Assembly: GCA_043800705.1 (NCBI GenBank)
Contig: JAZDMS010000001.1
Span: 57,826 to 121,825 of the forward strand
DNA length: 64,000 nt
Origin: Candidatus Altiarchaeota archaeon
GTDB taxonomy: Archaea; Altiarchaeota; Altiarchaeia; IMC4; SCGC-AAA252-I15
Direction: 5' to 3'
The position numbers were made by a program, and so were the translations under genes. Shown one piece after another: positions 18,299 to 27,826 of the stretch; position 1 is the first letter of the stretch; each line of letters opens with the position of its first letter. The notes under the pieces are model-generated. The model did no database searches and was not told where the DNA came from. It saw only the letters and a program-made list of their open reading frames with translations.

Positions 18299-20031
18299 TG
18301 CCGTTTCTGGCGTCTTTTTTTCAGGTGATGGACGGCCACGACTATCAGCGTAGCAGCGATGATCAGTGCCGCGAACATGAGCAGACCGCTTCCCAAGAGG
18401 CCTGCTGCCAATGCGGCCCGGATCATGTTCGTGTTGTCCGGGTTGTCGGCTTTTTTTTGGCCGCAGCGTCCTTCATACGGGTCGAGGGTGAGTCCTGCGT
18501 TGCAGTGGCAGTCGGGGCCTGCCGGGTGGGTGCCTGCGGGGCATGAGACCGTGTATTCGGCCTTCAGCCACCATGGGTCGAGTTTGCTCTGGTCGAATGC
18601 GGTGAGCGATTTGGGCTGGCCTTTCGTGTCCACGGCCAGTTTATTCCCCTTAGAGATCGTCCTTATGCCGAGGGTCTTGTTCGGTTGCAGGAAGTAGTAT
18701 GTGAGGCTGCCTGAGAGGAGGTAGATGTCCGTGCCGTCGCTGCGAGGCCTGATCTCGTATTCGCTGTACATGGTCACGGTCCATGGGGCGTTCCTGTCGA
18801 TTACGTGGGTGGGCCTGTCGCCGTGCACGTTCCCTCCGCCATAGGCGTTTATGAAGTTTAAACCGATCCTCTGCGCGTTTTCCTCGGGCGTTATCGGGTT
18901 CCCGCCGGACCATTTGATTCCCGGGCCGCTTGAGGCCACCCAGCCGTTCCTGCTTTTAATGAGGTTGATTGGTTTTCCGATGACTTCGTGGCAGTATTCT
19001 GAAAGGCAGTCCGCAGGCTTCACAGCCCTTCTGCCTATTACGAATCCGTCCGGCGTAGGTATGCAGCCGCTTCTCTGCTGCCATTTGCCGACAATCGAGA
19101 CGTCATCCAGCGTCATCTGACTTGGGATATTGTCTCCCCATATATCCCCCAGGTTCAGCATAACCCATGCGTTCGTGCATTCGGCATAGTCCCTTTCAAG
19201 ATCCCTCAGGAGCTCCGCGTCCGGGATGCCCTCGAAAACGCAGCCCCTCAGGTCCGCTTTCGGGTTGCCCGGCTCACATCTCATGTGCGCGTTTATGAGG
19301 TCGTTATCCTTGCCTTCGAATCTGCAGGGACAGTCGAGGCATGTGCAGTCTTCGCCGTCTTCAGGTTCGCATTTGCCGTCCATGTCGCATATGTCGGCAT
19401 CCGTAGTCGATGTGGCCTTGACTGAGGCCGTTGTCGTGTCCTCTGCCTCTACCCTAGTCTTCGGCAGGCATCTGGTGTTGTCCGCCGACCAGGAATAGCC
19501 GGCGTCGCATTCGCATTTTTCGTGCTCGACATGAGAGTTTTTCGAGCAGTCGACGAGGATGTAGCATCCTGTGTCGTCCGCCTTAGGATTTGCCTTGTCG
19601 CAGGAGAGGATCTGCGTCTTCGTCGATGGGCATTTGCAGTCCTGGGGGCAGGTTCCACAGTCTTCGAGCCTGACCTTGTCGCAGACCTTGTTTCCGCACG
19701 AGTCTGGGATTTCTCCGGGGCAGTTATCCTCCGGACTTATGCACAGGTAGAGGCAACCTGGGCATGACTCATAGTCCTGTCCCCTGTAGCATCCCTTCTT
19801 GAAGTTAAGGTCACCTGAGCACCTGGCCTCGCCGCAGGCGTAACATACACAATCTCCGACATAGCTGTAGAATGCGTGCGCAACCTTGAAGCAGTCCTTC
19901 TGCTGGCAGCCGACGCCGGAGTTCCTGTTGAACCAGAAACCTTCCGGGCAGTCGGTCGAGGTCGCGGAGGACAGATTCATCAGCAGGATAAGGGCCAACG
20001 CCGAAGACGCAAACGGTTTAATACAAGCCAC
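18295..20031 (-). CDS. Cys-rich exported membrane-anchored protein (EGF-like and CG..C..EDC..C..DC modules)
   Basis: Signal peptide; duplicated EDC..C.DC.C..C...NPKAD..GC modules; C-terminal TM and basic tail. Confidence 0.75.
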   Translation of the reverse strand: MACIKPFASSALALILLMNLSSATSTDCPEGFWFNRNSGVGCQQKDCFKVAHAFYSYVGDCVCYACGEARCSGDLNFKKGCYRGQDYESCPGCLYLCISPEDNCPGEIPDSCGNKVCDKVRLEDCGTCPQDCKCPSTKTQILSCDKANPKADDTGCYILVDCSKNSHVEHEKCECDAGYSWSADNTRCLPKTRVEAEDTTTASVKATSTTDADICDMDGKCEPEDGEDCTCLDCPCRFEGKDNDLINAHMRCEPGNPKADLRGCVFEGIPDAELLRDLERDYAECTNAWVMLNLGDIWGDNIPSQMTLDDVSIVGKWQQRSGCIPTPDGFVIGRRAVKPADCLSEYCHEVIGKPINLIKSRNGWVASSGPGIKWSGGNPITPEENAQRIGLNFINAYGGGNVHGDRPTHVIDRNAPWTVTMYSEYEIRPRSDGTDIYLLSGSLTYYFLQPNKTLGIRTISKGNKLAVDTKGQPKSLTAFDQSKLDPWWLKAEYTVSCPAGTHPAGPDCHCNAGLTLDPYEGRCGQKKADNPDNTNMIRAALAAGLLGSGLLMFAALIIAATLIVVAVHHLKKRRQKRQ

Positions 20032-20109
20032 CCAAACCCTATTGTGCCGGGCCCTTTAAAAAAGGGCAATTTCTGGGAGAATTATAATCGCCACGGCACT
20101 ATCATTATC

Positions 20110-21369
20110 ATGGATTCGGCAGGCAGGCTGAGGATTTTGCTCGTGATGCCGCCATACTATTCCCTTTTCGAATAGGAACGAAGGCACAACCTGCCGATCG
20201 GCCTCCTCTTGTCGCAGCCGTCCTTAAAACGGCAGGTCATTATGTCAGGGTCTACAACGCCGACACATTCACGCAACGGTACAGGACGAAGCCCTTAAGG
20301 CATCAGTCGATGTTTGCCTACGGCAGATACGCGGTAAATCTTTCGAATCCCAGGCATCACGTCTGGATGAAATTAAGGGCGATACTGGCAAAAGAGAAGC
20401 CAGACCTGGTCGGAGTCTCGGTCCAGGCAAATACGTCCGCTTCGGCTGCGATGGCGGCGACCATCGTGAAGGAATGTGCGCCGGGCGCAGTCCTCGTCGC
20501 AGGAGGGCCTGAAGCAACAATTAGGCTGTCGGATATGTTGGATGGCTTCGACTTTGTCGTGCGGGGGGAGGGTGAAAACACGATGGCTGAATTGGCGGAT
20601 TCGATGGTAGCAGGAACGGGTTTCGACAGGATAAATGGGTTATCATACTTGGACGACGGGGTGCCTATCAATAATCTTCCTCGGGAATTAGCGGCGGACA
20701 TTGACGCGTTTCCCTTCCCCACCAGGGACCTCATCCTTGAGGGAGAACATTATCTGCCTGAGGACATGGGGAAGATATTGTCCTCAAGAGGCTGCCCCTT
20801 CAGGTGCAGGTACTGCGCGACCGGAATCGTATGGGCTGGAAGCCACCGGTAAGGAGCCCAGAAAACGTCATAGACGAGGTGGAGGAGGTGCGAAAAAAAG
20901 GGGCACCGACGTATTCGAATTCATGGACGACACCTTCTCTTTCGACGAAATACGCGTCCTCGAAATATGCGGCCTCATTGATTCAAGAAAGATGGACCTG
21001 AAGTGGAAGTGCATCAAACGGGGGGACATCCTGTCCGAGGAGACCGCCCGCGTAATGGCAAAGGCTGGGCTTGTCTCTGTCAACATCGGGGTCGAATCCG
21101 GCAGCACGAGGATGCTCGAGGCGATGGGCAAGGACTTGGACCTTTCGCGCCTTCGGGAAAACATCAGCATGCTCAGGCGGCTTGGCGTATCTGTGAGCAC
21201 GAACTATATCTTCGGCTATCCCGGTGAGAGCGCGCAATCGATAGAGGAGACGAAAGGCCTGATAGCGGAACTCGCCGTCCCTTATTCTGTCGAGCTTTTC
21301 ACCCCCTTTCCCGGGACGGCCGCCAGGCAGATGCTGGAAATGCAGGGAAGGATGTCAAATCCAACCTGA
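20110..21369 (+). pseudogene. B12-binding radical SAM enzyme pseudogene
   Basis: LRILLVMPP start is followed by an early TAG and several frameshifts; SRGCPFRCRYC, DDTF, GVESGS and GYPGES lie in different frames. Confidence 0.85.
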
Positions 21370-21616
21370 TGGACTCAACGATTATCACTTGCGGATGTTC
21401 GATTGCGATTCGGTAGACTGTGGCAGGCTCCTTTCAGAATTTGACCGGCTAGTGGGAACTGCATACAGGTTTTACACGGAGAACCCTCCAAAGACCATTG
21501 TAAGTGGAAAAAGAGCTCATATATGATGATTTGTCACACGCACCCTGCAATTGAATAGGTTTGAGCGGGGGCTTTACATGGGGGTTAGCTTGGTGGCAAA
21601 TAAGGGGGTCTGTCGA

Positions 21617-22382
21617 GTATGTGTTTAGCTGATTTGTGTTTGTATTATTTGGTAGGGGTCTTGGTTTCTCTGTTTCCAGGTGGCTAGCATAGTCATGAGT
21701 GTTTCGTGTATTTTGGTGTCTTTTTGGTTTCGTAGCCAGTCATAGTGGTGGATTTTGAAATCAGTCACTATGGGTGGTTGGGGTTCTGGAATTTCTTCTA
21801 TGATTTGTGTTTCTACTTTGGTTGCTTTGCCTAGTTTGTTTTGGCTGTAGGGGCAAGATTCAGTTTCCGCGGACACTGTTTGTGTGCGGCTTGTGGGCGT
21901 GAGACGCCCGCATGTCATGGTGGTCTGCCGGGTTTTCCTTTCTTGAGTGGTTTGTCTTTCGGTTTGTCTTTTTTCTGGCTGGGTGGTGTGTGTGAGTTGT
22001 CGTACTGTAGTAGGTGTTTCTCCAGTTCGAGCAGCTTTTTTTCTAGGTGCTGTACCATCTGGTCTCTCAGTTTGAGTTCTCTTGTGAGCCGTTCTATTTC
22101 CCTGTCTTTTTTACTCATCGCAGATTATCACATAGGCTGTTTTGCCTATGTATTCTCGTGTGCAGTCTACTTTGGCTCCTGTTCCGAATTTGGTGACCCT
22201 CTTCTGATAAAATCCGATTATGCTGTTGTCCTCCAGTTGAAGTTTCCCCTTGTTGATGGATACTTTTCGCATAATACTATAATATATATCCATATATATG
22301 AACTTATCGGTTTTGAGGGAACCCCTCAAAACAGCCGGAAAACCAATTTAAGCAGAAAAAGAACTACGAGCTAAACACATAC
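21617..22382 (-). mobile_element. Internally deleted IS66-like element (766 bp) with perfect 14-bp terminal inverted repeats
   Basis: GTATGTGTTTAGCT (21617-21630) and AGCTAAACACATAC (22369-22382); transposase N-terminus (coiled coil, NSHTPPS, GRPP) and C-terminus (TMLATWKQRNQDPY) without the DDE core. Confidence 0.85.
22111..22272 (-). CDS. DUF2080-family transposon-associated small protein
   Basis: KRVTKFGTGAKVDCTREYIGKTAYVII. Confidence 0.8.
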   Translation of the reverse strand: MRKVSINKGKLQLEDNSIIGFYQKRVTKFGTGAKVDCTREYIGKTAYVIICDE

Positions 22383-22416
22383 CTTTATTAACCTTTTTAT
22401 TCTAATTAGAAAACAA

Positions 22417-23265
22417 ATGATAAAAATGAAAAATCAGAACACTTGGTTAATAATCGGCCTACTAGCCCTCCTGCCTACAACAGTATCTGCGTCATATATA
22501 CAATTACTTCCCCAAATATCGGCACCAGACATAATACAAACCAACACTATAGATATACCCCTGACCCTGACCAACCATGGTGACGAATCAGCATATAATA
22601 TACAACTATCACTCCTCCTGCCAAACGGATTCACGACCCAAAACAAATTCTACCGCGAAATAAAACCCAATGAAACAAAAGAAGACACATTCACGGTCAA
22701 TATACCCTCCGGAACCACGCCCGGAAGCTACGTATTCGGCCTATTAACTCAATACGCTGACGCAAACCAATATCCATTCTCCTCTGTTAACTCCCTGCTT
22801 GTCAACTACAGAATCCCCACAATGTCCAAAATAGTTGGTGGTATCTCAAACGCAAACATAAAAAACCAACCAACCGACGTCACAATCTCCCTGCGCAACC
22901 GAGACGAAAAAGAACACCCGGCGGCAATCAAACTCATAATACCCTCCGAACTAATGGCAGACAACATTTATTTCGAAACAACTCTAAATCCAAATGAGGA
23001 AAAACAAATCCCCCTCACGATATCCTCCTCATCCGCCCTGCCGGGTAGCATCTACCCAATTTTAGCCATAGTAACCTACATCGAAAACAACGAACAATAT
23101 TCCACCGTACTGCGTGGCGTACTCCAGATAGAGGAGACAAAGCAAATATCAAAAAATCCACTTGATTCTCTATTATGGTTGTCCATCGCTGTCATCATCC
23201 TAATTGTGCTCTTTGTCATCTATCTGGTGTACAAACGCCGGAAGAAAAAGACCCGCCGCCGTTAA
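22417..23265 (+). CDS. Two-Ig-like-domain (NEW3/CARDB, COG1361-like) membrane-anchored surface protein
   Basis: Signal peptide; LTNHGDESAYN, LPNGF, PGSY; C-terminal TM and KR tail; paralog of 34376..35209. Confidence 0.75.
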   Translation: MIKMKNQNTWLIIGLLALLPTTVSASYIQLLPQISAPDIIQTNTIDIPLTLTNHGDESAYNIQLSLLLPNGFTTQNKFYREIKPNETKEDTFTVNIPSGTTPGSYVFGLLTQYADANQYPFSSVNSLLVNYRIPTMSKIVGGISNANIKNQPTDVTISLRNRDEKEHPAAIKLIIPSELMADNIYFETTLNPNEEKQIPLTISSSSALPGSIYPILAIVTYIENNEQYSTVLRGVLQIEETKQISKNPLDSLLWLSIAVIILIVLFVIYLVYKRRKKKTRRR

Positions 23266-23416
23266 TGCTCGGGTTGAAGTCCTTGGTGGAAGTCAAGTTC
23301 CTTTAAACGGCGGCTGATTTGGTAATAAGAATCATAGTTTTCAGCCTTCCATCAGGGTCAGCCAGGTCATACTATCGGAACCGACAAGTATTAAGGATAT
23401 GTGCGGATATCCTTAT

Positions 23417-23565
23417 ATGCCGAGAAAAATCGAGGTCAGAAAATAAAGGAAAACCTAGAAGTAATCTACGAAAAAGTCGTCACAGCATTTGGGAACTCAG
23501 CCAAGATAGACCCCCAAAAGAAATACATCGGCAAAAGAGCATACGTACTAATACTCAAAGACTAA
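23417..23565 (+). pseudogene. Frameshifted DUF2080 gene
   Basis: MPRKIEVRK* followed in another frame by EKVVTAFGNSAKIDPQKKYIGKRAYVLILKD*. Confidence 0.7.
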
Positions 23566-23623
23566 GAATTAGGCCACACATCACTTTTAAAGGCATATGC
23601 TAATATTTAAATATTAAACCCTC

Positions 23624-24607
23624 ATGAATGAGGGGGAGAAAAAAATGAATCCATATATTTTAAAATATAGTGTTATTATGTCTATTGGTTGTTTAATGCT
23701 TGTATCCGGTTGTATGTCGACTGACAAACCACCCGTGACAAATCCGACAATATCTCCAGCCACAAATCCAAAAGTTACACCTACTACTACGAATCAAGTA
23801 ATCACTCCCGTCACCTCACCTCCAACAACTGTACCTAAAGTAATAAAACCTCTAACTGAGTCAGAAATACAGGAAATTATAACCGCTGCGATGAACAGTG
23901 CCGACCCTGAACTATGTAAACAAATAGAAAGTGTCGATTCAAAAAACAAATGTATCACTAAAGTGGCTACGTCTTATGCGAACAAGGATTTGTGCAAGTC
24001 TATCGTAGATGTAGCTGGTCAGGCCAATTGCTTCACAGAAGTGGCTGTAAGCTATTCGAACATAGAAATATGCAAGTCTATTGGCGATGCTGAAGGCCAG
24101 ACCAAGTGTGTTACTAAGTTTGCCTTAGCTAGCGCTAATGTTGATTTGTGCAAGACTATCGGAGATGCCGCCGGCCAGGCAAATTGCACGACAATGATCG
24201 CTGTGTCCTATGCGAATAAGGAATTATGCAAGACTATCGGCGATGCTGCTGGTCAAGCCCATTGCTATACAACAATAGCATTAGGCTATCAAAACATGGA
24301 TATATGTAAGTCTATCGCTGATGCTGCTGGCCAGAGTTATTGTTATACCCGTTTTGCCTTAGCCAGCGCTAATGCAGATCTGTGCAAGTCTATCAGCGAT
24401 GTATCCGGAAAGTCAAGTTGTATAACTGAAGTTGCGGTATCCTATACGAATGCTGATTTGTGCAAGACTATCGGAGATGCTGCTGGTCAGGCCAATTGCT
24501 ACACCAAATTAGCCGTAGGTTATTCAATCAAGGATTATTGCAAGTCTATTGTTGATGCTTCTCTGCAGGCCAATTGTGTCACTGAAGTGGACAAGGTTTG
24601 GGGGTAG
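23624..24607 (+). CDS. Lipoprotein with about nine 26-aa two-Cys repeats
   Basis: SGC lipobox, P/T linker, repeat C(K)xIxDAAGQxxCxTxxAxxxxNxxL; ends KVWG. Confidence 0.8.
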   Translation: MNEGEKKMNPYILKYSVIMSIGCLMLVSGCMSTDKPPVTNPTISPATNPKVTPTTTNQVITPVTSPPTTVPKVIKPLTESEIQEIITAAMNSADPELCKQIESVDSKNKCITKVATSYANKDLCKSIVDVAGQANCFTEVAVSYSNIEICKSIGDAEGQTKCVTKFALASANVDLCKTIGDAAGQANCTTMIAVSYANKELCKTIGDAAGQAHCYTTIALGYQNMDICKSIADAAGQSYCYTRFALASANADLCKSISDVSGKSSCITEVAVSYTNADLCKTIGDAAGQANCYTKLAVGYSIKDYCKSIVDASLQANCVTEVDKVWG

Positions 24608-24798
24608 ATCGAGTTGATTATCGGTAATGGGCTACTATCCCTTTTTTTTATAGGCGATAGTAGCTTATTCCTTATTAATTAAAATAATAATCTCCCTCTA
24701 TTCAAGTAAAATCTAGAACTAATGCAATGGACGCCATTTGGGAATGGAATTATTCTGACAACTAATACTGGATGTGATAGCTAACAAATAGTCATAAA

Positions 24799-26244
24799 AT
24801 GTCTACAACGGATATTTTACTCATTCAACCGCCAGTATCCATCGAAGAGAGATATGGGCGGAAGGTTGGGATGGTTGGGGGCTATCTACCGCCTCTGGGC
24901 TTGGCTATGATTGCGGCGGTATTAAAAGAAAATGGGTTTACTGTAAAGATTATCGACTCAATAGTCCTGGACTACCTGGATGAGGATATCCTAAGGTTAA
25001 TCGAGGAAGATAGGCCGAATATTATCGGTATAACCGCCGTTACCTTAACTTATCATCAGGCGAAAAATCTGGCAAGGAAAATTAAGGAAAAATTCCCAAA
25101 AATTCTGTTGATTATCGGGGGGCATCATGTCACAATAATGCCCGAAAGTGTATTAGCGGATACGAGCTTTGACTTTGGCGTCCTAGGCGAGGGCGAAGAG
25201 ACAATAGTTGAACTTATGGCATTATTCAACTCATTGGAATTTGGGGCTGAAAAGATCATCTCAAGTGAAAAACTCGAAGAAATTGATGGCATAGTGTTTA
25301 AGAAAAACGGTAAAATCCTCTTAACAAAGCCAAGAAAATTAATAGCTGATTTAAATTCGCTTCCTTATCCAGCTCGCGAACTATTACTGATGGAAAAATA
25401 CATTCCCTTACCGAATCAGTATAAACGGCGACCAGTGGCGCATATGACTGCTATAAGGGGGTGTCCCTATAATTGTAGCTTCTGCTCGAACAATAGGATA
25501 TTTGGCAGGATAATACGGTGCAGATCCCCTGATAAAGTTGTTGAAGAGATAAAATATTTAATAAACTGCTACGGGACGAAAGAAGTTTCCTTCTGGGACG
25601 ATATGATGACAGTGGATAAAGGATGGATGCACAGATTTTGCGATATACTAATCCATGATAAAGTTGACATAGTATGGTCCTGTTATGCAAGAGTTGATTC
25701 AGTTGATGAGCCCCTTCTAAGGAAGATGAAGATGGCTGGGTGCTGGAACATATTCTTTGGATTCGAGTCTGGTGTTCAAGAATTATTGAATATTATACGC
25801 AAGGGGATTACGCTTGAACAGATCATGGTAGCGAATGACCTATGTAAGAAAGTTGGCATAGAAGTTAGGGCAAGTTTCATGATCGCTCTTCCAGGAGAAA
25901 CTCCCGCATTAGCCCGGAAAACAATCGAATTCGCAAAAAAACTCAACCCCAACTATGCCCAGTTTTGTATTACCACGCCGTATCCTGGGACAAGCCTATT
26001 TGAGGATGCCCTTATGTACGGGAAGTTGATCAAAGATTTTACAAAATACAGTATCTGGGAACCTGTGTTTATACCCTCCGGGTATAAAAATTCCAATGAA
26101 ATCATCGCAATTAGCAAAACTGCGATGAGAGAATTTTACCTGCGGCCAAAGTATATACTCTCACGGATAAGAAAGATCGAGTCAATTGAGGACATCATTA
26201 GATACTTTAAGGGGGTTAGATTTATACTGGGATTCATATCATAA
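24799..26244 (+). CDS. B12-binding radical SAM enzyme (class B methylase-like)
   Basis: PPLGLA, GGHH, GEGE, RGCPYNCSFC, GFESG, TPYPGT. Confidence 0.92.
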   Translation: MSTTDILLIQPPVSIEERYGRKVGMVGGYLPPLGLAMIAAVLKENGFTVKIIDSIVLDYLDEDILRLIEEDRPNIIGITAVTLTYHQAKNLARKIKEKFPKILLIIGGHHVTIMPESVLADTSFDFGVLGEGEETIVELMALFNSLEFGAEKIISSEKLEEIDGIVFKKNGKILLTKPRKLIADLNSLPYPARELLLMEKYIPLPNQYKRRPVAHMTAIRGCPYNCSFCSNNRIFGRIIRCRSPDKVVEEIKYLINCYGTKEVSFWDDMMTVDKGWMHRFCDILIHDKVDIVWSCYARVDSVDEPLLRKMKMAGCWNIFFGFESGVQELLNIIRKGITLEQIMVANDLCKKVGIEVRASFMIALPGETPALARKTIEFAKKLNPNYAQFCITTPYPGTSLFEDALMYGKLIKDFTKYSIWEPVFIPSGYKNSNEIIAISKTAMREFYLRPKYILSRIRKIESIEDIIRYFKGVRFILGFIS

Positions 26245-26281
26245 CCCTACTGACCCCTTCGAGAATATTACTTACAGGATA

Positions 26282-27028
26282 ATGGACATCAAAGATTGGG
26301 AATTTTTTGGAAAAAAAGGTTTGGATTACTGGTATTTCATAGGAAAAAAAGACTTGATAGGGCGGGAACTATCCAGGTTGAAACAAGCGGATAAGCCAAA
26401 AATTCTAGTGGTTGGCTGTGGAGTCGGCGATGACATCGGGATAATCGAATCGTATGGGGATGTTACTGCACTTGACTGTGACCTACAAGCACTTGAACAA
26501 GTTCCCTCAAGGGTCAAAAAGGTGCTTGCACGGATCGAGGATACTGGATTCGTCGAGGAATTCGACCTCATTGTCATGCTGGGCGTACTGGAGCATATAG
26601 ATGATGATTTTCTGGCAATCCAAAAAGTCAAGTTATCCCTTAAAAATGGTGGTCGTGCAATCATATGCGTGCCTGCTTGTGGACTCCTCTTTGGTCCACA
26701 TGATCTTGCATTATCTCATCGGAGAAGATACTCTGCCCATGGTTTAAGGAAACTTTTAGAGAACGCTGGTTTCAATATCATCTCCTTTTCATATTGGAAC
26801 AGTATCCTCTCCCCCCTTATACTGGCCCATAGGGTAATACATAATATACTCCATATGGGTGAACCGGCCATAGGATTGGTAAAGTTGCCAAATATGGTGA
26901 ATAATCTCCTAATTTGGGTAATACGGGCTGAGAATAGGATTCGAGATATTATCAGCTTTCCTTTTGGAATAGAAATCCTTGCAATTGTGGAAAAAAGATC
27001 GGCGACCCCCAAGGATACACCAAAGTAG
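26282..27028 (+). CDS. Class I SAM-dependent methyltransferase
   Basis: VGCGVG, VLEHIDDD, VPA..HD...HRRRY. Confidence 0.85.
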   Translation: MDIKDWEFFGKKGLDYWYFIGKKDLIGRELSRLKQADKPKILVVGCGVGDDIGIIESYGDVTALDCDLQALEQVPSRVKKVLARIEDTGFVEEFDLIVMLGVLEHIDDDFLAIQKVKLSLKNGGRAIICVPACGLLFGPHDLALSHRRRYSAHGLRKLLENAGFNIISFSYWNSILSPLILAHRVIHNILHMGEPAIGLVKLPNMVNNLLIWVIRAENRIRDIISFPFGIEILAIVEKRSATPKDTPK

Positions 27029-27103
27029 CGATATCCAACATTATTAAGCTCATATTTCAATTAATGGAAAAATCCACCGCTAATTTGAGGTAGACGGGAA
27101 AAA

Positions 27104-27742
27104 ATGAGTCAACATATCAAAAAATGGCGTATTGTGCAAATCGCCTGTCTATTGCTTATTTCAGGTTGTTTGTCCACTGACAGAACAGCAGCAACGGAAA
27201 CAAAACCGGGTATTCGGGCTCAACAAGAGTATGAGGTCAGAAATATCATATCAGCAGCTTTGAGCGTCACCAACCCCGACGTATGCGATGAGATCGATAA
27301 TCATGACTCCAAGATTGAATGCGTTGCCAAGGTAGCTGTCGCTGGTTCGAACGTAGAACTGTGCGGGTCTCTCGATGATACGGCCGACCAAGCTAACTGC
27401 ATAACAGAGATCGCTGTTTCTGGTTCGAACATAGATTTGTGCAACTCTATCGGAGATGCCGCTGGTCAGGGTAATTGTGTTACTAAAGTGGCTGTGGCTT
27501 ATTCGAACAAGGATATGTGCCTGTCTATCGGCGATGCCGCCGGCCAGACAGGTTGCTTAACACAGATTGCTGTGGCTTATTCGAACATAGATTTGTGCAA
27601 CTCTATAGGCGATGCCGCTGGTCAGGGTAATTGTGTTACTAAAGTGGCTGTGGCTTATTCGAACAGGGATATGTGCCTGTCTATCGGCGATGCCGCCGGC
27701 CAAACAAGTTGCGTCAACGCAGTGGCAAAGGTTTGGGGGTAG
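27104..27742 (+). CDS. Lipoprotein with about six 26-aa two-Cys repeats (paralog of 23624)
   Basis: SGC lipobox; same repeat; ends KVWG; 156-nt period duplication starting at 27424 and 27580. Confidence 0.8.
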   Translation: MSQHIKKWRIVQIACLLLISGCLSTDRTAATETKPGIRAQQEYEVRNIISAALSVTNPDVCDEIDNHDSKIECVAKVAVAGSNVELCGSLDDTADQANCITEIAVSGSNIDLCNSIGDAAGQGNCVTKVAVAYSNKDMCLSIGDAAGQTGCLTQIAVAYSNIDLCNSIGDAAGQGNCVTKVAVAYSNRDMCLSIGDAAGQTSCVNAVAKVWG

Positions 27743-27826
27743 TATGCATCGAAGGATTTTCCCCACGTGATTTCGCCTAATTTTATATAAGGGCGGATAT
27801 AAAATAATAAGTCGTATGAAAAGAAT

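Noticed and set aside
23266-23370. Possible transposase N-terminal fragment divergent from the broken DUF2080
   Set aside because: Too short and degraded to assign; no terminal repeats identified
23930-24600. Regularly spaced repeats resembling a CRISPR array (also 27400-27720)
   Set aside because: In-frame 78-nt coding repeats with synonymous variation, no unique spacers and no cas genes
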